Source: Candidatus Latescibacterota bacterium
GTDB taxonomy: Bacteria; Latescibacterota; CBDEFO01
Reading direction: 5' to 3'
DNA: 64,000 nt
Assembly (NCBI GenBank): GCA_965237525.1
Contig: CBDEFO010000008.1
Location: 1,664,001 to 1,728,000 of the forward strand
The notes under the pieces are model-generated. The model did not search any database, was not told where the DNA came from, and saw only the letters and a program-made list of their open reading frames with translations. Below are positions 1-9,630 of this stretch, piece after piece. The translations under genes and the position numbers were made by a program. Within the stretch, counting starts at the first letter, position 1, and the number at the start of each line of letters is the position of its first letter.

Positions 1-1
1 G

Positions 2-262
2 CGAGGTGAATACGGCGTGGAAAGGATAGCTATCTACGGCTCGTTTGTGAAGGGTGATCCTACCAAAAAAAGTGATATTGATATTCTTGTCCAGCTTGTA
101 AGACCTCTTGGCCTGGAGTTTGTCGGACTTGCCTTTCATCTTGAGGAGGTACTGGGCAGGAAAGTGGACCTGGCTACCTTGGATACCCTGCACAGGAGCA
201 TTGAAAACCCCAGATACAGAGACATTGCTTCCAACATCGAAAGCACGCTGAGCTATGTCTGA
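2..262 (+). CDS. mntA: Minimal nucleotidyltransferase (MNT) antitoxin, 5'-partial
   Basis: IYGS...SDIDILV and GRKVDL motifs; frame is open to the window edge; overlaps the downstream HEPN gene. Confidence 0.85.
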   Translation, partial: RGEYGVERIAIYGSFVKGDPTKKSDIDILVQLVRPLGLEFVGLAFHLEEVLGRKVDLATLDTLHRSIENPRYRDIASNIESTLSYV

Positions 263-599
263 GCGAAGAAACGGGGACTATCTTAGTGATATCCTTGAGG
301 CGATGCGGAGAATTGTGATATATACCTCGGGCCTGACCTTCGAGCAGTTTATGAAAGACATCAAGACTCAGGATGCAGTCGTTCGGAATCTTGAGGTCGT
401 CGGTGAAGCGACGAAGAATCTATCCGGTAGCCTGAGAAAGACCTACACCAAGATTCCATGGAGAGACCTGGCTGGCGTAAGAGATAAAATGATCCATCAC
501 TACTTTGGCATCGACTATGAGATTGTGTGGACGATCGCCAAAGAGCAACTCCCGGACATTCTTCCTCACATTGAAGACATTTTGACGAAAGCCGCGTGA
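255..599 (+). CDS. hepT: DUF86/HepT-like HEPN ribonuclease toxin
   Basis: DAVVRNLEVVGEA and IPW..LAGVRDKMIHHYFGID (RX4H motif). Confidence 0.88.
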   Translation: MSERRNGDYLSDILEAMRRIVIYTSGLTFEQFMKDIKTQDAVVRNLEVVGEATKNLSGSLRKTYTKIPWRDLAGVRDKMIHHYFGIDYEIVWTIAKEQLPDILPHIEDILTKAA

Positions 600-603
600 G
601 GAG

Positions 604-768
604 ATGGCGCGAGTATGCCTGCAAGACATGGTGGATGATTTGTAGTTTGACACTTCATCTGTCAACTGGAATTCGTTTGACTTGGAGACGTTTTCCACGA
701 GGAAGCGGCTCTGGGACTTCCAGCAAGAGGCCCAGGAGAAGGCCATCAAGGTTTTGTGTAGATATTAA
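604..768 (+). pseudogene. N-terminal remnant of a Type III restriction enzyme Res subunit
   Basis: Manual translation MARVCLQDMVDDL*FDTSSVNWNSFDLETFSTRKRLWDFQQEAQEKAIKVLCRY*, resembling Res N-termini including the helicase Q-motif; internal stop; truncated. Confidence 0.6.
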
Positions 769-846
769 GACGATTTTGCGGATTCTCAGCAATGCGAAGA
801 GCTGGAAGTCAGCCCATAAATGCAAGAACGATAAAAGGATGTCAAC

Positions 847-1257
847 ATGAAGCAAGCTAAATACTACATCAGTCTCGGTGTGGTCATTATAGCCCTCTTC
901 TACCTCATCTATACGGGCTTTGAAAAGACGATGGTCTATTATGTAACAATAGAGGAACTTGAAGCTGCTCCTGTCTACGATAAAACGCTACGCGTGGTCG
1001 GGAACGTCGTGGACGGCTCAATTCAAAGGAGTCTCAACAGTCTCAAGATGCAGTTTGTGATCGCCCAGGATGACAGAAGGATACCCATCACTTACACAGG
1101 CGTAGTCCCTGACACCTTTAAAGAGGGAGTAGAGGTCGTGGCTGAGGGCAGGTATTATACAGACAGGACCTTCGAGGCCGAAACCGTAATGGCCAAATGT
1201 CCTTCCAAGTACGAAGGACAGGACTATAAAGAACACGAGGCCGCCAAAAGAGAGTAG
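847..1257 (+). CDS. ccmE: Cytochrome c maturation heme chaperone CcmE (CxxxY variant)
   Basis: N-terminal TM helix, YTGVVPDTFKEG, AKCPSKY. Confidence 0.92.
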   Translation: MKQAKYYISLGVVIIALFYLIYTGFEKTMVYYVTIEELEAAPVYDKTLRVVGNVVDGSIQRSLNSLKMQFVIAQDDRRIPITYTGVVPDTFKEGVEVVAEGRYYTDRTFEAETVMAKCPSKYEGQDYKEHEAAKRE

Positions 1258-1300
1258 ACAGCAAACAGTGGCCCCCGATAGATTCAATCGGGGGTAGACA
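1253..1300. repeat. AGTAGACAGCAAACAGT repeat with embedded CCCCGAT-N7-ATCGGGG palindrome
   Basis: Repeat starts at the ccmE stop codon; palindrome at 1272-1294. Confidence 0.8.
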
Positions 1301-1364
1301 GGGCAACCCTATCCAACCGCTTGAAAAACAGTGGACACAGGCTCATCATCATATAGGAATTAGT

Positions 1365-3401
1365 GTGGCAGCAGACATCGGATCTTTTTCACTCACGTTG
1401 GCGTTCATCCTCTCTTTGTACTCCATTTTGATATCTGTACTCGGAGACAGATTGAGGAAAGACGACCTTGTAAAAAGCGCTCAAAACGCCGCGAAGGCCG
1501 TCTTTGGCCTGTTGACGTTGGCGTCTCTATGTCTTGTGTATTCCTTCCTTGCAGGAGACTTTAAGGTGGAATACGTGGCCAGCCACTCCAACAGCACACA
1601 GTCCCTGCCCTATGTGTTTGCGGCTTTCTGGGCAGGACACGAAGGGTCACTCCTTATGTGGGAGTGGTTCATATCCCTTTTTGCATTCATGGCAATAGTG
1701 CTTAATAGACGCAAAAACAGAGACCTTATGCCCTATGTCACAGCTGTTATCATGGGAGTAGTCGCCTGCTTTATGTTCATAAATATCGCAACGTCCAATC
1801 CCTTTGATAAACTCCCATTTACGCCTCCTGACGGACAGGGCATGAACCCGCTCCTTCAATATCCTGCGATGGCTATCCATCCTCCTATGGTCTTTTTGGG
1901 ATATTCGGGATTCACCGTTCCTTTTGCCTTTGCCATGGCAGCCCTCATAACTGGAAACCTCGGAAACGCCTGGATCAAGACCACCAGAAAATGGTCTATC
2001 TTCTCCTGGTTCTTGCTGGCCTGTGGACTGCTTCTCGGCGCAAACTGGGCGTACGTCGTGATCGGCTGGGGCGGATACTGGGGTTGGGACCCTGTGGAAA
2101 ATTCAGCGTTGATGCCCTGGCTTCTGGGTACGGCCTTTCTCCACTCTGTGATGATACAGGAAAAGAAAAGTATGCTCAAAATCTGGAACATGATACTTAT
2201 TATCCTCACGTTCACTATGTGCATCTTCGGGACATTCCTCACAAGGAGCGGTATAGTCAACTCTGTTCACACCTTTGCTGAATCCTCAATAGGATACTAT
2301 TTTTTGGCCATCATAATAGCGATTCTTGCCTTTGCTTTTGCCCTTGTCGCTTACCGATTCCCACAACTTAAGAGCCGAAACCATTTAGAATCCTTCGTCT
2401 CCAGAGAGATGGGATTTATGGTCAACAACCTAATACTGGTCGGTGCATTTTTTGCGGTGTTCTGGGGCACCATCTTCCCCATCATATCAGAAGCCGTAAA
2501 GGGAGTTAAGATCACTGTCGGAGCCCCGTTTTTCAACCAGATTACCCTTCCCATAGGTATCATTTTACTCTTCCTTACAGGAGCAGGTCCCCTGTTGGCC
2601 TGGCGCAGGACATCTGTAAAAAACCTCAAAAGGCACTTCCTCTATCCGACTGTAGTGGCTCTGCTTGCGATTCCCATCTTCTTAGCCCTTAAAATCACCA
2701 ACTGGTACGCCCTTGTCTCCTTCACGCTATGCGTATTTGTCACCGCTTCAATAGTCAGCGAATTCTACAGGGGGGTAAGAGCAAGACACATTTCTAACAA
2801 CGAGCCGTATGCTCAAGCTCTCTGGAACCTTGTCTGGAAGAACAGGAGGAGATATGGAGGTTATGTAGTCCACATCGGGATCGTCCTTATATTTATGTCC
2901 GTCGCTGGAAACGCCTTCAGAACTGAGATCACAGGTCAGCTCCTCCAAACAGGTGATAAGATGCAGCTCAGAAACTACACACTCCAGTACGACAAGTTCT
3001 CAACCTACGAAGACCCCGATAAAGACGTCCAATCTACGACTATTTCTGTCCACAAAGATGGAGAGAGGATTGACGTACTGCATCCGAGAAAATACTTCTT
3101 CCATTCCATAAGACAGGACGTCCAGCCTCAGACGGCCGTTGCCATCCGTTCCACGCTAAAAGAAGACCTCTACATAGTCCTTGCTCAGCTCGACCCCGAG
3201 TCAGGACAGGCCATATTCAACGCCTTCATCAATCCGCTGGTCATGTGGCTCTGGATAGGCGGTGTCGTGTTGATCCTGGGTACAATCATCACAATGTACC
3301 CGGAAAAAGAGGATATAGATCCTCGCGAGAAGATAAGAAGAGATAAAACGAAGGTGCAGATAACGGAGAAAAGGAAGACGAAGGTCTCATTGGTTAAGTG
3401 A
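1365..3401 (+). CDS. ccmF: Heme lyase CcmF/NrfE
   Basis: WAGHEGSLL, GMNPLLQ, IHPP and the WGGYWGWDPVENS (WWD) motif; many TM helices. Confidence 0.96.
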   Translation: MAADIGSFSLTLAFILSLYSILISVLGDRLRKDDLVKSAQNAAKAVFGLLTLASLCLVYSFLAGDFKVEYVASHSNSTQSLPYVFAAFWAGHEGSLLMWEWFISLFAFMAIVLNRRKNRDLMPYVTAVIMGVVACFMFINIATSNPFDKLPFTPPDGQGMNPLLQYPAMAIHPPMVFLGYSGFTVPFAFAMAALITGNLGNAWIKTTRKWSIFSWFLLACGLLLGANWAYVVIGWGGYWGWDPVENSALMPWLLGTAFLHSVMIQEKKSMLKIWNMILIILTFTMCIFGTFLTRSGIVNSVHTFAESSIGYYFLAIIIAILAFAFALVAYRFPQLKSRNHLESFVSREMGFMVNNLILVGAFFAVFWGTIFPIISEAVKGVKITVGAPFFNQITLPIGIILLFLTGAGPLLAWRRTSVKNLKRHFLYPTVVALLAIPIFLALKITNWYALVSFTLCVFVTASIVSEFYRGVRARHISNNEPYAQALWNLVWKNRRRYGGYVVHIGIVLIFMSVAGNAFRTEITGQLLQTGDKMQLRNYTLQYDKFSTYEDPDKDVQSTTISVHKDGERIDVLHPRKYFFHSIRQDVQPQTAVAIRSTLKEDLYIVLAQLDPESGQAIFNAFINPLVMWLWIGGVVLILGTIITMYPEKEDIDPREKIRRDKTKVQITEKRKTKVSLVK

Positions 3402-3434
3402 CGCAAGTGTTGTAAGTTAAAGAGGTGATTATCA

Positions 3435-3926
3435 ATGACAAAGAATATAGTGTTCACACTTATATTGCTGCCCTTTTTGGTTCCGTCTCGGCTCATCGCC
3501 GTCGAGACCAAAGAAGTGGCTGATGAACTTGCCTGCCAATGCGGCGGATGCGGCAACCTGATCCTGAGCGCTTGCATCAACAAAGCCGACTGCGGATGGT
3601 CCCAAAGTGAAGCAACACAGATAGATCAACTGATCATAAAGGGTTACTCGAAGGAGAGAATAGTAGCCCTTTATGTAGATAAATTTGGCGAAGCGGTGCT
3701 TGCAGCCCCTACAAAGACGGGCTTCAACTTGACCGCCTGGGCTATCCCTTTTGTCGCTATAATAGTGGGCGGAGTATTATTAAGGGGTCTGGTTGTCAGA
3801 TGGAAAAAGAGCACTCAGAGCTCGGGCACTGGCTCCGTGGCCGGATCGAGTCGCTCTAAAAGGGGCGAAATCCCCGATTCCGAGTATATAGAAAGAGTTG
3901 AACGCGAACTTGATAAATTCGAATAG
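3435..3926 (+). CDS. ccmH: Cytochrome c biogenesis protein CcmH
   Basis: Signal peptide, LACQCGGC, KFGEAVLAAP, one TM helix; follows ccmF. Confidence 0.85.
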   Translation: MTKNIVFTLILLPFLVPSRLIAVETKEVADELACQCGGCGNLILSACINKADCGWSQSEATQIDQLIIKGYSKERIVALYVDKFGEAVLAAPTKTGFNLTAWAIPFVAIIVGGVLLRGLVVRWKKSTQSSGTGSVAGSSRSKRGEIPDSEYIERVERELDKFE

Positions 3927-3932
3927 TTCTCT

Positions 3933-4454
3933 TTGCACATAGAAGCCGATATGTTACTCGTATTTTACACAATAATAGGCGCTGCAGTCTTAGCATTTGT
4001 CAGTTATCCCCTTCTAACCAAGAGGCCTTCAGGCGCTGAAGAAGGCTCCACCTTAAAGGACGGGCTTGCAGATCTTACCATCCGCAAGGAGCAGATATAT
4101 GCATCCATCAGAGACGCCAACTTCGACTTCAGGATGGGCAAGCTCTTGGAGGACGATCACGGACAGCTTGTGGACGAATACAAGCTTGAAGCCGCGGCCA
4201 TCCTTCAGGAAATAGACAGGCTAAATGGCAGGCGCAAGAGGCGCAAGGCTCATACTCCTACCCCTGGGAAGAGACATATTATCTGCCCGCAGTGCCACAG
4301 GGAGAACCCATCGAATCACCACTACTGCGCTAACTGTGGATCTAAGCTTGACAGCGTCTGTCCATCCTGCGGAAATCCATACGATAAAAAAGACCAATTC
4401 TGCGCTAACTGCGGAGCCAAGTTACAAACAGATGCAGAGAGCCAGACCACCTAA
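3933..4454 (+). CDS. CcmI-like N-terminal TM/coiled region fused to a double zinc ribbon
   Basis: IRDANFDFRMGKL..DD segment plus four CxxC pairs; probable start at ATG 3951. Confidence 0.7.
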   Translation: MHIEADMLLVFYTIIGAAVLAFVSYPLLTKRPSGAEEGSTLKDGLADLTIRKEQIYASIRDANFDFRMGKLLEDDHGQLVDEYKLEAAAILQEIDRLNGRRKRRKAHTPTPGKRHIICPQCHRENPSNHHYCANCGSKLDSVCPSCGNPYDKKDQFCANCGAKLQTDAESQTT

Positions 4455-4497
4455 CCACACTTACTTTCCTTCCCATTGATACTTTTCGGGAGTCCCG

Positions 4498-5262
4498 ATG
4501 GACCGACCCGCTATCAACGTTGTCAACCTCTCCAAGACTTTCGGAAAAATCAGGGCTTTAAGCCAAATAGACCTCCAGGTGGATGAAGGGGAGTTTCTTG
4601 CCATCTTCGGTCCCAACGGAGCGGGCAAGACTACGCTTGTCAATCTCATCTCAGCCTCTACACGGCCCACGGAGGGAAATATCTATATAAACGGAATTGA
4701 CCTTGGGCGAGATCATGCGAAGATAAGAGCACAAATCGGAGTAATATCCCACAATACCTTTCTCTACAAGGAGCTTACAGCAGAGGAGAACTTGAGGTTC
4801 TACGGCGAGATGTACGATGTGTCCGACCTGGGTGAAAGGATCTCTTTGTCACTTGAACAGATCGGAATGTCGCACAGGAAGGACGACAGAGTCTCGACCT
4901 TCTCAAGGGGACAAAAGCAGAGGCTCTCAATTACAAGAGCCCTTCTTCACTCTCCTCCTATACTCCTTTTAGACGAACCCTATACAGGACTCGACCAGAA
5001 CGCCTCCGAGGCGTTCACAGACATCTTAGAGGAACTCAAAGAAGGCAAAAGAACTATAATAATGGCAACTCACAATATGGAAAAGGGACTTCAGCTTTCC
5101 GATGCGGCAGCTATACTGGCAAGAGGAAAACTCGTATATCATAAACGGGCGATGGAAGCAGATGGCGACAGAAAGGGGCCCCCAAAAAGTATCGAAGAAC
5201 TTTTTGGGGAGAAATTAGAACACTTTAAAGAGATATATCGTCAGCACGTCAAAGAACAGTAG
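4498..5262 (+). CDS. ccmA: Heme ABC exporter ATP-binding subunit
   Basis: GPNGAGKTT, FSRGQKQR, LLLDEP; ccm context. Confidence 0.9.
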   Translation: MDRPAINVVNLSKTFGKIRALSQIDLQVDEGEFLAIFGPNGAGKTTLVNLISASTRPTEGNIYINGIDLGRDHAKIRAQIGVISHNTFLYKELTAEENLRFYGEMYDVSDLGERISLSLEQIGMSHRKDDRVSTFSRGQKQRLSITRALLHSPPILLLDEPYTGLDQNASEAFTDILEELKEGKRTIIMATHNMEKGLQLSDAAAILARGKLVYHKRAMEADGDRKGPPKSIEELFGEKLEHFKEIYRQHVKEQ

Positions 5263-5397
5263 ACAGCAAACAGTAGACACGGCATCCCTACCCAGCCCCA
5301 TATACAACCGCCACAGGGGCGAACCCACGTGTTCGCCCTCCAGTAGACAGAAGTACGGCCTTCCACCCGTTTTCGTAGGGGCGAGGTTACCTCGCCC
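5258..5397. repeat. Cluster of intergenic repeats: AGTAGACAGCAAACAGTAGAC plus two GTAG-type REP-like hairpins
   Basis: GGGCGAAC-CCACGT-GTTCGCCC (~5316-5338) and GTAG-GGGCGAGG-TTA-CCTCGCCC (~5375-5397). Confidence 0.75.
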
Positions 5398-5424
5398 AGT
5401 AATCAGAAGACAGCAGGGCGTACG

Positions 5425-6102
5425 ATGAATTTCCTCAAAAAGATAGTGACCATACTCTGGAAAGATCTCCTGACAGAACTCAGAACTAAAGAGAAGATAA
5501 GCTCAATGTTTGTCTTCTCGCTGATAGTTATAGTAGTTTTCAACTTCTCATTTAGCACAGGTGCTCTCCAGATGAGAAAGATAGCGTCGGGAATCCTGTG
5601 GGTCGCCTTCATATTCTCAGGGACGCTCGGTCTGAACAGGTCTTTTGCTCAGGAGCAGGACAGGGGCTCACTGCAGGGGCTCCTACTGTGCCCTGTGGAC
5701 AGGAGCGCAATCTATCTTGGAAAGATGGTAGGCAATTTCATATTCATAACCATAATAGAGCTTATCACACTGTTGCCTTTCGCGGTCTTTTTAAACGTTC
5801 CTATTATCCACGTTCTGCCTCAGCTCCTTCTGATCATCCTTTTGGGGACGCTCGGATTCTGCTGTGTCGGGACCCTCTTTGCCGCCATATCGGCCAACAC
5901 CAAAATGAGGGACGTAATGCTCCCTGTGCTCCTCTTCCCTGTAATTTCCCCCATCATAATCGCCTCTGTACAGGCTACGGGCGCGATTTTGGACGGCGCG
6001 GAATTTGGAGAGATAACAAGGTGGATTGGGCTGCTTATAGCCTTTATAGCCATATTCCTGGCCGCCTCCGTGATAGTCTTTGACTTCGTAATAGAGGAGT
6101 GA
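5425..6102 (+). CDS. ccmB: Heme exporter permease CcmB
   Basis: ILWKDL..ELRTKE, LNRSFAQE.DRGSL, LPVLLFP. Confidence 0.92.
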   Translation: MNFLKKIVTILWKDLLTELRTKEKISSMFVFSLIVIVVFNFSFSTGALQMRKIASGILWVAFIFSGTLGLNRSFAQEQDRGSLQGLLLCPVDRSAIYLGKMVGNFIFITIIELITLLPFAVFLNVPIIHVLPQLLLIILLGTLGFCCVGTLFAAISANTKMRDVMLPVLLFPVISPIIIASVQATGAILDGAEFGEITRWIGLLIAFIAIFLAASVIVFDFVIEE

Positions 6103-6142
6103 CCGCAGATAACAGCTTTAGACCTCCCGTGCACATTCCTAG

Positions 6143-6823
6143 ATGAGCTATTCTGTGACAAGGACAAGTACCTTGACAATGAATTTGGACCCGTTATTAC
6201 GATCGTCTCTGGCGGATGCAGTCCTTGGCTGTCTCGAAGATGCTGCACCGGGTTCTGAAGCCAGGCTTTGCGGCTCGCTGGCTGATGGGCGGGCGGATGA
6301 GTACAGCGATATCGACATATCTTGGGAAGTACCGGACGAGCTTTTCGCCTCGCGCGCAGATGGGATCCTTGAAGATCTTTCAAAGGTCTGCGCGGTGGCA
6401 TCATTGCGGCCGGACCCTGACCTCCAGAACTCAGAAAAACATCGGCTCATCTTCGTTCAATTTGCTGGAACACCGCTGTTCTGGCGCGTGGATATTGGAA
6501 TCTTCGCAAAATCCATTCACCGGGATTCGAGGTATGACTTGAACAATAACTTGGCCAGAGGAAGTGATTGGTCGCATACACACAGCGCCTTGATGAACGC
6601 TATTGCAGCGGTCAAGGCCCTGTTGCGAGGAAACGAAGCGGAGGCTCATGGACTCTTACGCCGAGCCTTTGAAAGAATCGGTCGGAGCGTACCTAAGGAA
6701 ACCTATCAGAATCAGATCCTGCTGCTCGCCGAACAGATCGGTGAGATAGACCGTGAACAGGTGGATCTGGCAAGACAGGTGCAAGCTCTGCACCGCGAGG
6801 TATTTCGCACAGCAGGCGGCTAA
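6143..6823 (+). CDS. Pol-beta-superfamily nucleotidyltransferase of unknown substrate (antibiotic-NTase-like architecture)
   Basis: CGSLADGRADEYSDIDI motif plus a helical C-terminal domain; real start may be ATG 6179. Confidence 0.7.
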   Translation: MSYSVTRTSTLTMNLDPLLRSSLADAVLGCLEDAAPGSEARLCGSLADGRADEYSDIDISWEVPDELFASRADGILEDLSKVCAVASLRPDPDLQNSEKHRLIFVQFAGTPLFWRVDIGIFAKSIHRDSRYDLNNNLARGSDWSHTHSALMNAIAAVKALLRGNEAEAHGLLRRAFERIGRSVPKETYQNQILLLAEQIGEIDREQVDLARQVQALHREVFRTAGG

Positions 6824-6899
6824 AAAAACGGCTGTAGCTTGAGCGGTGGGCCGTCGTATTCTGCATTTTTGACGCCGTAAATCTGAGGAGAGACATAAA

Positions 6900-7607
6900 A
6901 TGGAAAGGAAAATATCCGGCATGGATATACTGCTCAGCGTTGTATCTCTGCTGATGATCGTATGTCTCTGGGCCATATTCATCTATACGCCGCCGGATAG
7001 GACGCTTGGGCTCAGTCAGAAGATATTCTACTTTCATGTTCCGTCTGCGTGGGTTTCGTTCTTAGCCTTTTTCATAGTCTTCATAACGAGCATCCTCTAT
7101 CTCTGGGAGAAGCGGCGTAAATGGGACATAATAGCCCACTCCTCCGCAGAGGTCGGACTCTTCTTCTGCACACTCGTCATCTTAACCGGTCCTATCTGGG
7201 CCAAGAACGACTGGGGTGTCTGGTGGGTCTGGGATGCAAGGCTTACGACTACGCTTATACTCTGGCTCATCTACGTGGGATATGTTATGGTCAGGGCCTA
7301 CGCAGGGGACTATTCAAAGAGCGCAAGATTCGCAGCGGTCATCGGGATCGTCGGCTTCTTGGACGTGCCCGTCATACACGTCTCCGTCACGTGGTGGAGG
7401 ACGCTCCATCCGCTTCCCGTGATGATGAGACCGGAGGGTCTGGGAGCGGGGACTCCGCCTTCGATGTTCCGCACGTTGATGCTCTGCCTTTTCACTTTCA
7501 CCCTGGTTTACGTCATTCTGCTTTCAAAGAGGATTTCTCTTGAAAAGGCAAGAGATGAACTTGAGAACCTGAAAGACGTGCTTTCCCAATCGCAAGGTGG
7601 GCAATAA
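6900..7607 (+). CDS. ccmC: Heme exporter/cytochrome c biogenesis protein CcmC
   Basis: IFYFHVPSAW, GPIWAK..WGVWWVWDARLT, WWRTLHP. Confidence 0.95.
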   Translation: MERKISGMDILLSVVSLLMIVCLWAIFIYTPPDRTLGLSQKIFYFHVPSAWVSFLAFFIVFITSILYLWEKRRKWDIIAHSSAEVGLFFCTLVILTGPIWAKNDWGVWWVWDARLTTTLILWLIYVGYVMVRAYAGDYSKSARFAAVIGIVGFLDVPVIHVSVTWWRTLHPLPVMMRPEGLGAGTPPSMFRTLMLCLFTFTLVYVILLSKRISLEKARDELENLKDVLSQSQGGQ

Positions 7608-8478
7608 TCACATACAAAAGGGCGATTAGAAGGTCAATTATATAGTGGTGATTCAGATAGACTGCAGAAAACCACACACCTGCGGGGTATAACGTTATGG
7701 GCAGACTGGCATTTTTGTATTTCTTGTACGCAAAGATGGCTATGATAATAGGGTAAGCAGCATGGAGGGACGGTATAGCAGCAAATTGGTTGGAGTTGAG
7801 GTTGTCGTAGACAAACTGGAAGAGAGGAAATCCCAGAAACTTATCTGTGTCGGCCAGGGAAGCCTCGCTGTGAGCGTAAAATGACAGATGCGGCTGTTTA
7901 AATCCATATCTGTATACGTACCAGGGGGGTGCCGTAGGGTACAGATAATAGGTGAGGAAGGCCATCAGACTCACTGCCGCAAATATAAGGGCAAATTGCC
8001 GAAAGAGCTTCCTGTTCTCCACTCTTCTCCACAGGACCCACGCGGCGATAAGTGGAAAGATCATATGTAGAGAATAACACACTGAGGATAGAACGTCCAA
8101 TCCCACCTTCAAATATGTCCCGTCAATAGATCCTCTTAGATCTTGAAACCAAAAAGGAGGTATTTTGCCCTGGAAGAGGTCTGAAAAGAGAAATTCCTCT
8201 ATCTTGTAAGGCATCTTTACGTTGACGCGTCCTGCTATCTTTTGTGCGATTCCTCTCATAGTCAGGTCGTATAAGACCCACACGAGCATAAAGGGCCACC
8301 AATGAGACAGAAACTCCCTTGAAGCTTTCCATACTAATATTGCTATTAAAAGAGCTACGAGAGTGTGGTGAGCCTCCAACCCTTTTAGAAAATAGGTTTG
8401 CATAAAGTAAAAACCTGCTATGCCAAGTATGATGGTCTTCCACTTTAACGATAATCCGACCCGTCGCTCTGCGTTCAT
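7513..8478 (-). CDS. PAP2-superfamily membrane phosphatase/phosphotransferase (Aur1/IPC-synthase-like, PAP2_3)
   Basis: PTAPPWY, AAIPSLH, HHYIIDL motifs; multiple TM helices. Confidence 0.8.
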   Translation of the reverse strand: MNAERRVGLSLKWKTIILGIAGFYFMQTYFLKGLEAHHTLVALLIAILVWKASREFLSHWWPFMLVWVLYDLTMRGIAQKIAGRVNVKMPYKIEEFLFSDLFQGKIPPFWFQDLRGSIDGTYLKVGLDVLSSVCYSLHMIFPLIAAWVLWRRVENRKLFRQFALIFAAVSLMAFLTYYLYPTAPPWYVYRYGFKQPHLSFYAHSEASLADTDKFLGFPLFQFVYDNLNSNQFAAIPSLHAAYPIIIAIFAYKKYKNASLPITLYPAGVWFSAVYLNHHYIIDLLIALLYVIIAHLAIGKARLSGSQVHLLPFQEKSSLKAE

Positions 8479-9611
8479 CTTCTTATCTTTATCCTTTCAG
8501 AGAGTTTGAAGGCCACATCGGCCACAGCTTGAGGCTCTATGTCTTGTAGTGTATCGTCTTTACTGTTCGACATAATCGCTTCATAATCTACGCCCCAGGG
8601 CGCCCAACGTTTAAGATTAAGCTCTCTGTTCTGATAGAGTCCTACCACGGGAACTTTCAGTACTGAAGCCAGATGAACCAGCCCGGTATCCGGGGTGATC
8701 AGAAAGGTCAACTGCGACAGTAGGCCGCATACCTTTGTGAGTGAGATGTTTCTTCCAATTACAGCCCACCTGTGCTCCCCACGAAAGCTCTTAGACATGC
8801 CCTGACGACATGGCGAGGTTTCGATCAGTTTTTGGGCATCGTCGTAGTCTCTTCTTGCACAGAAAACCAAAAAGGCTGCCTCCGGAAATCTTTCGGTCAA
8901 GAGATTCACCAATTCCATATATCTGACAATGCACCAATATCTTGTCGGACGTCCTGCCGAGATGTTAATTCCTATCACAGGTGTCTTTTGATCTCCTTTT
9001 CTGAAATTGAAGGAAATAAACGCTCTTGCATAGTCTATGTCTTCATCGTTAACTTTCAGGTTCCACTCCAATTCTTCGGGATAAGCGTCCAGAGCCTTCA
9101 ACACAGAGGCTGTCCGTTGCACCATGTGTGCATCGCTTTTAACGTGGATGTTTTTGTCATAAAAGGGTTCGGCGCCGCATTTGTTCATCCCTATCCTGTA
9201 TGCTCTCCTGTTCAGAAGCGTCCCCAAAAGGGCATTTTTGGCGGATCTATCTATAGTTAGGTCTATCACAACGTCAAAATCCCTTGTTCTTATCGTCCTG
9301 TACAGGCGCAACTGCCCCCAAAGGGTGTTTTGACCTACGATGCATTCGTCAACCCACTCGCATCTATCGAAAATCTCACAATTGGAGGAGCTGCACCAGA
9401 CGCTCGCTTTGGACCGGGGATAACGCCTCCTAAGATTTTCCAAGACTGGGAGACATGTGACCGCATCTCCGAGCCCTCCGAACCGCATGAAGAGTATCCG
9501 GGCTTGACTCAGATCACACGACAGTTTGCGGGGGTTTCCGTTCACAAATCTGCCAGCTATATTGACTATTAGAGCCTTACAGTATTTCTTCACAGCGGAG
9601 ATGCAACTCAT
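8475..9611 (-). CDS. Glycosyltransferase family 9 (heptosyltransferase-like)
   Basis: GLGDAV at the N-terminus; TPDTGLVHLAS motif. Confidence 0.88.
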   Translation of the reverse strand: MSCISAVKKYCKALIVNIAGRFVNGNPRKLSCDLSQARILFMRFGGLGDAVTCLPVLENLRRRYPRSKASVWCSSSNCEIFDRCEWVDECIVGQNTLWGQLRLYRTIRTRDFDVVIDLTIDRSAKNALLGTLLNRRAYRIGMNKCGAEPFYDKNIHVKSDAHMVQRTASVLKALDAYPEELEWNLKVNDEDIDYARAFISFNFRKGDQKTPVIGINISAGRPTRYWCIVRYMELVNLLTERFPEAAFLVFCARRDYDDAQKLIETSPCRQGMSKSFRGEHRWAVIGRNISLTKVCGLLSQLTFLITPDTGLVHLASVLKVPVVGLYQNRELNLKRWAPWGVDYEAIMSNSKDDTLQDIEPQAVADVAFKLSERIKIRR

Positions 9612-9630
9612 TATGCCCCCATGTACAAGA

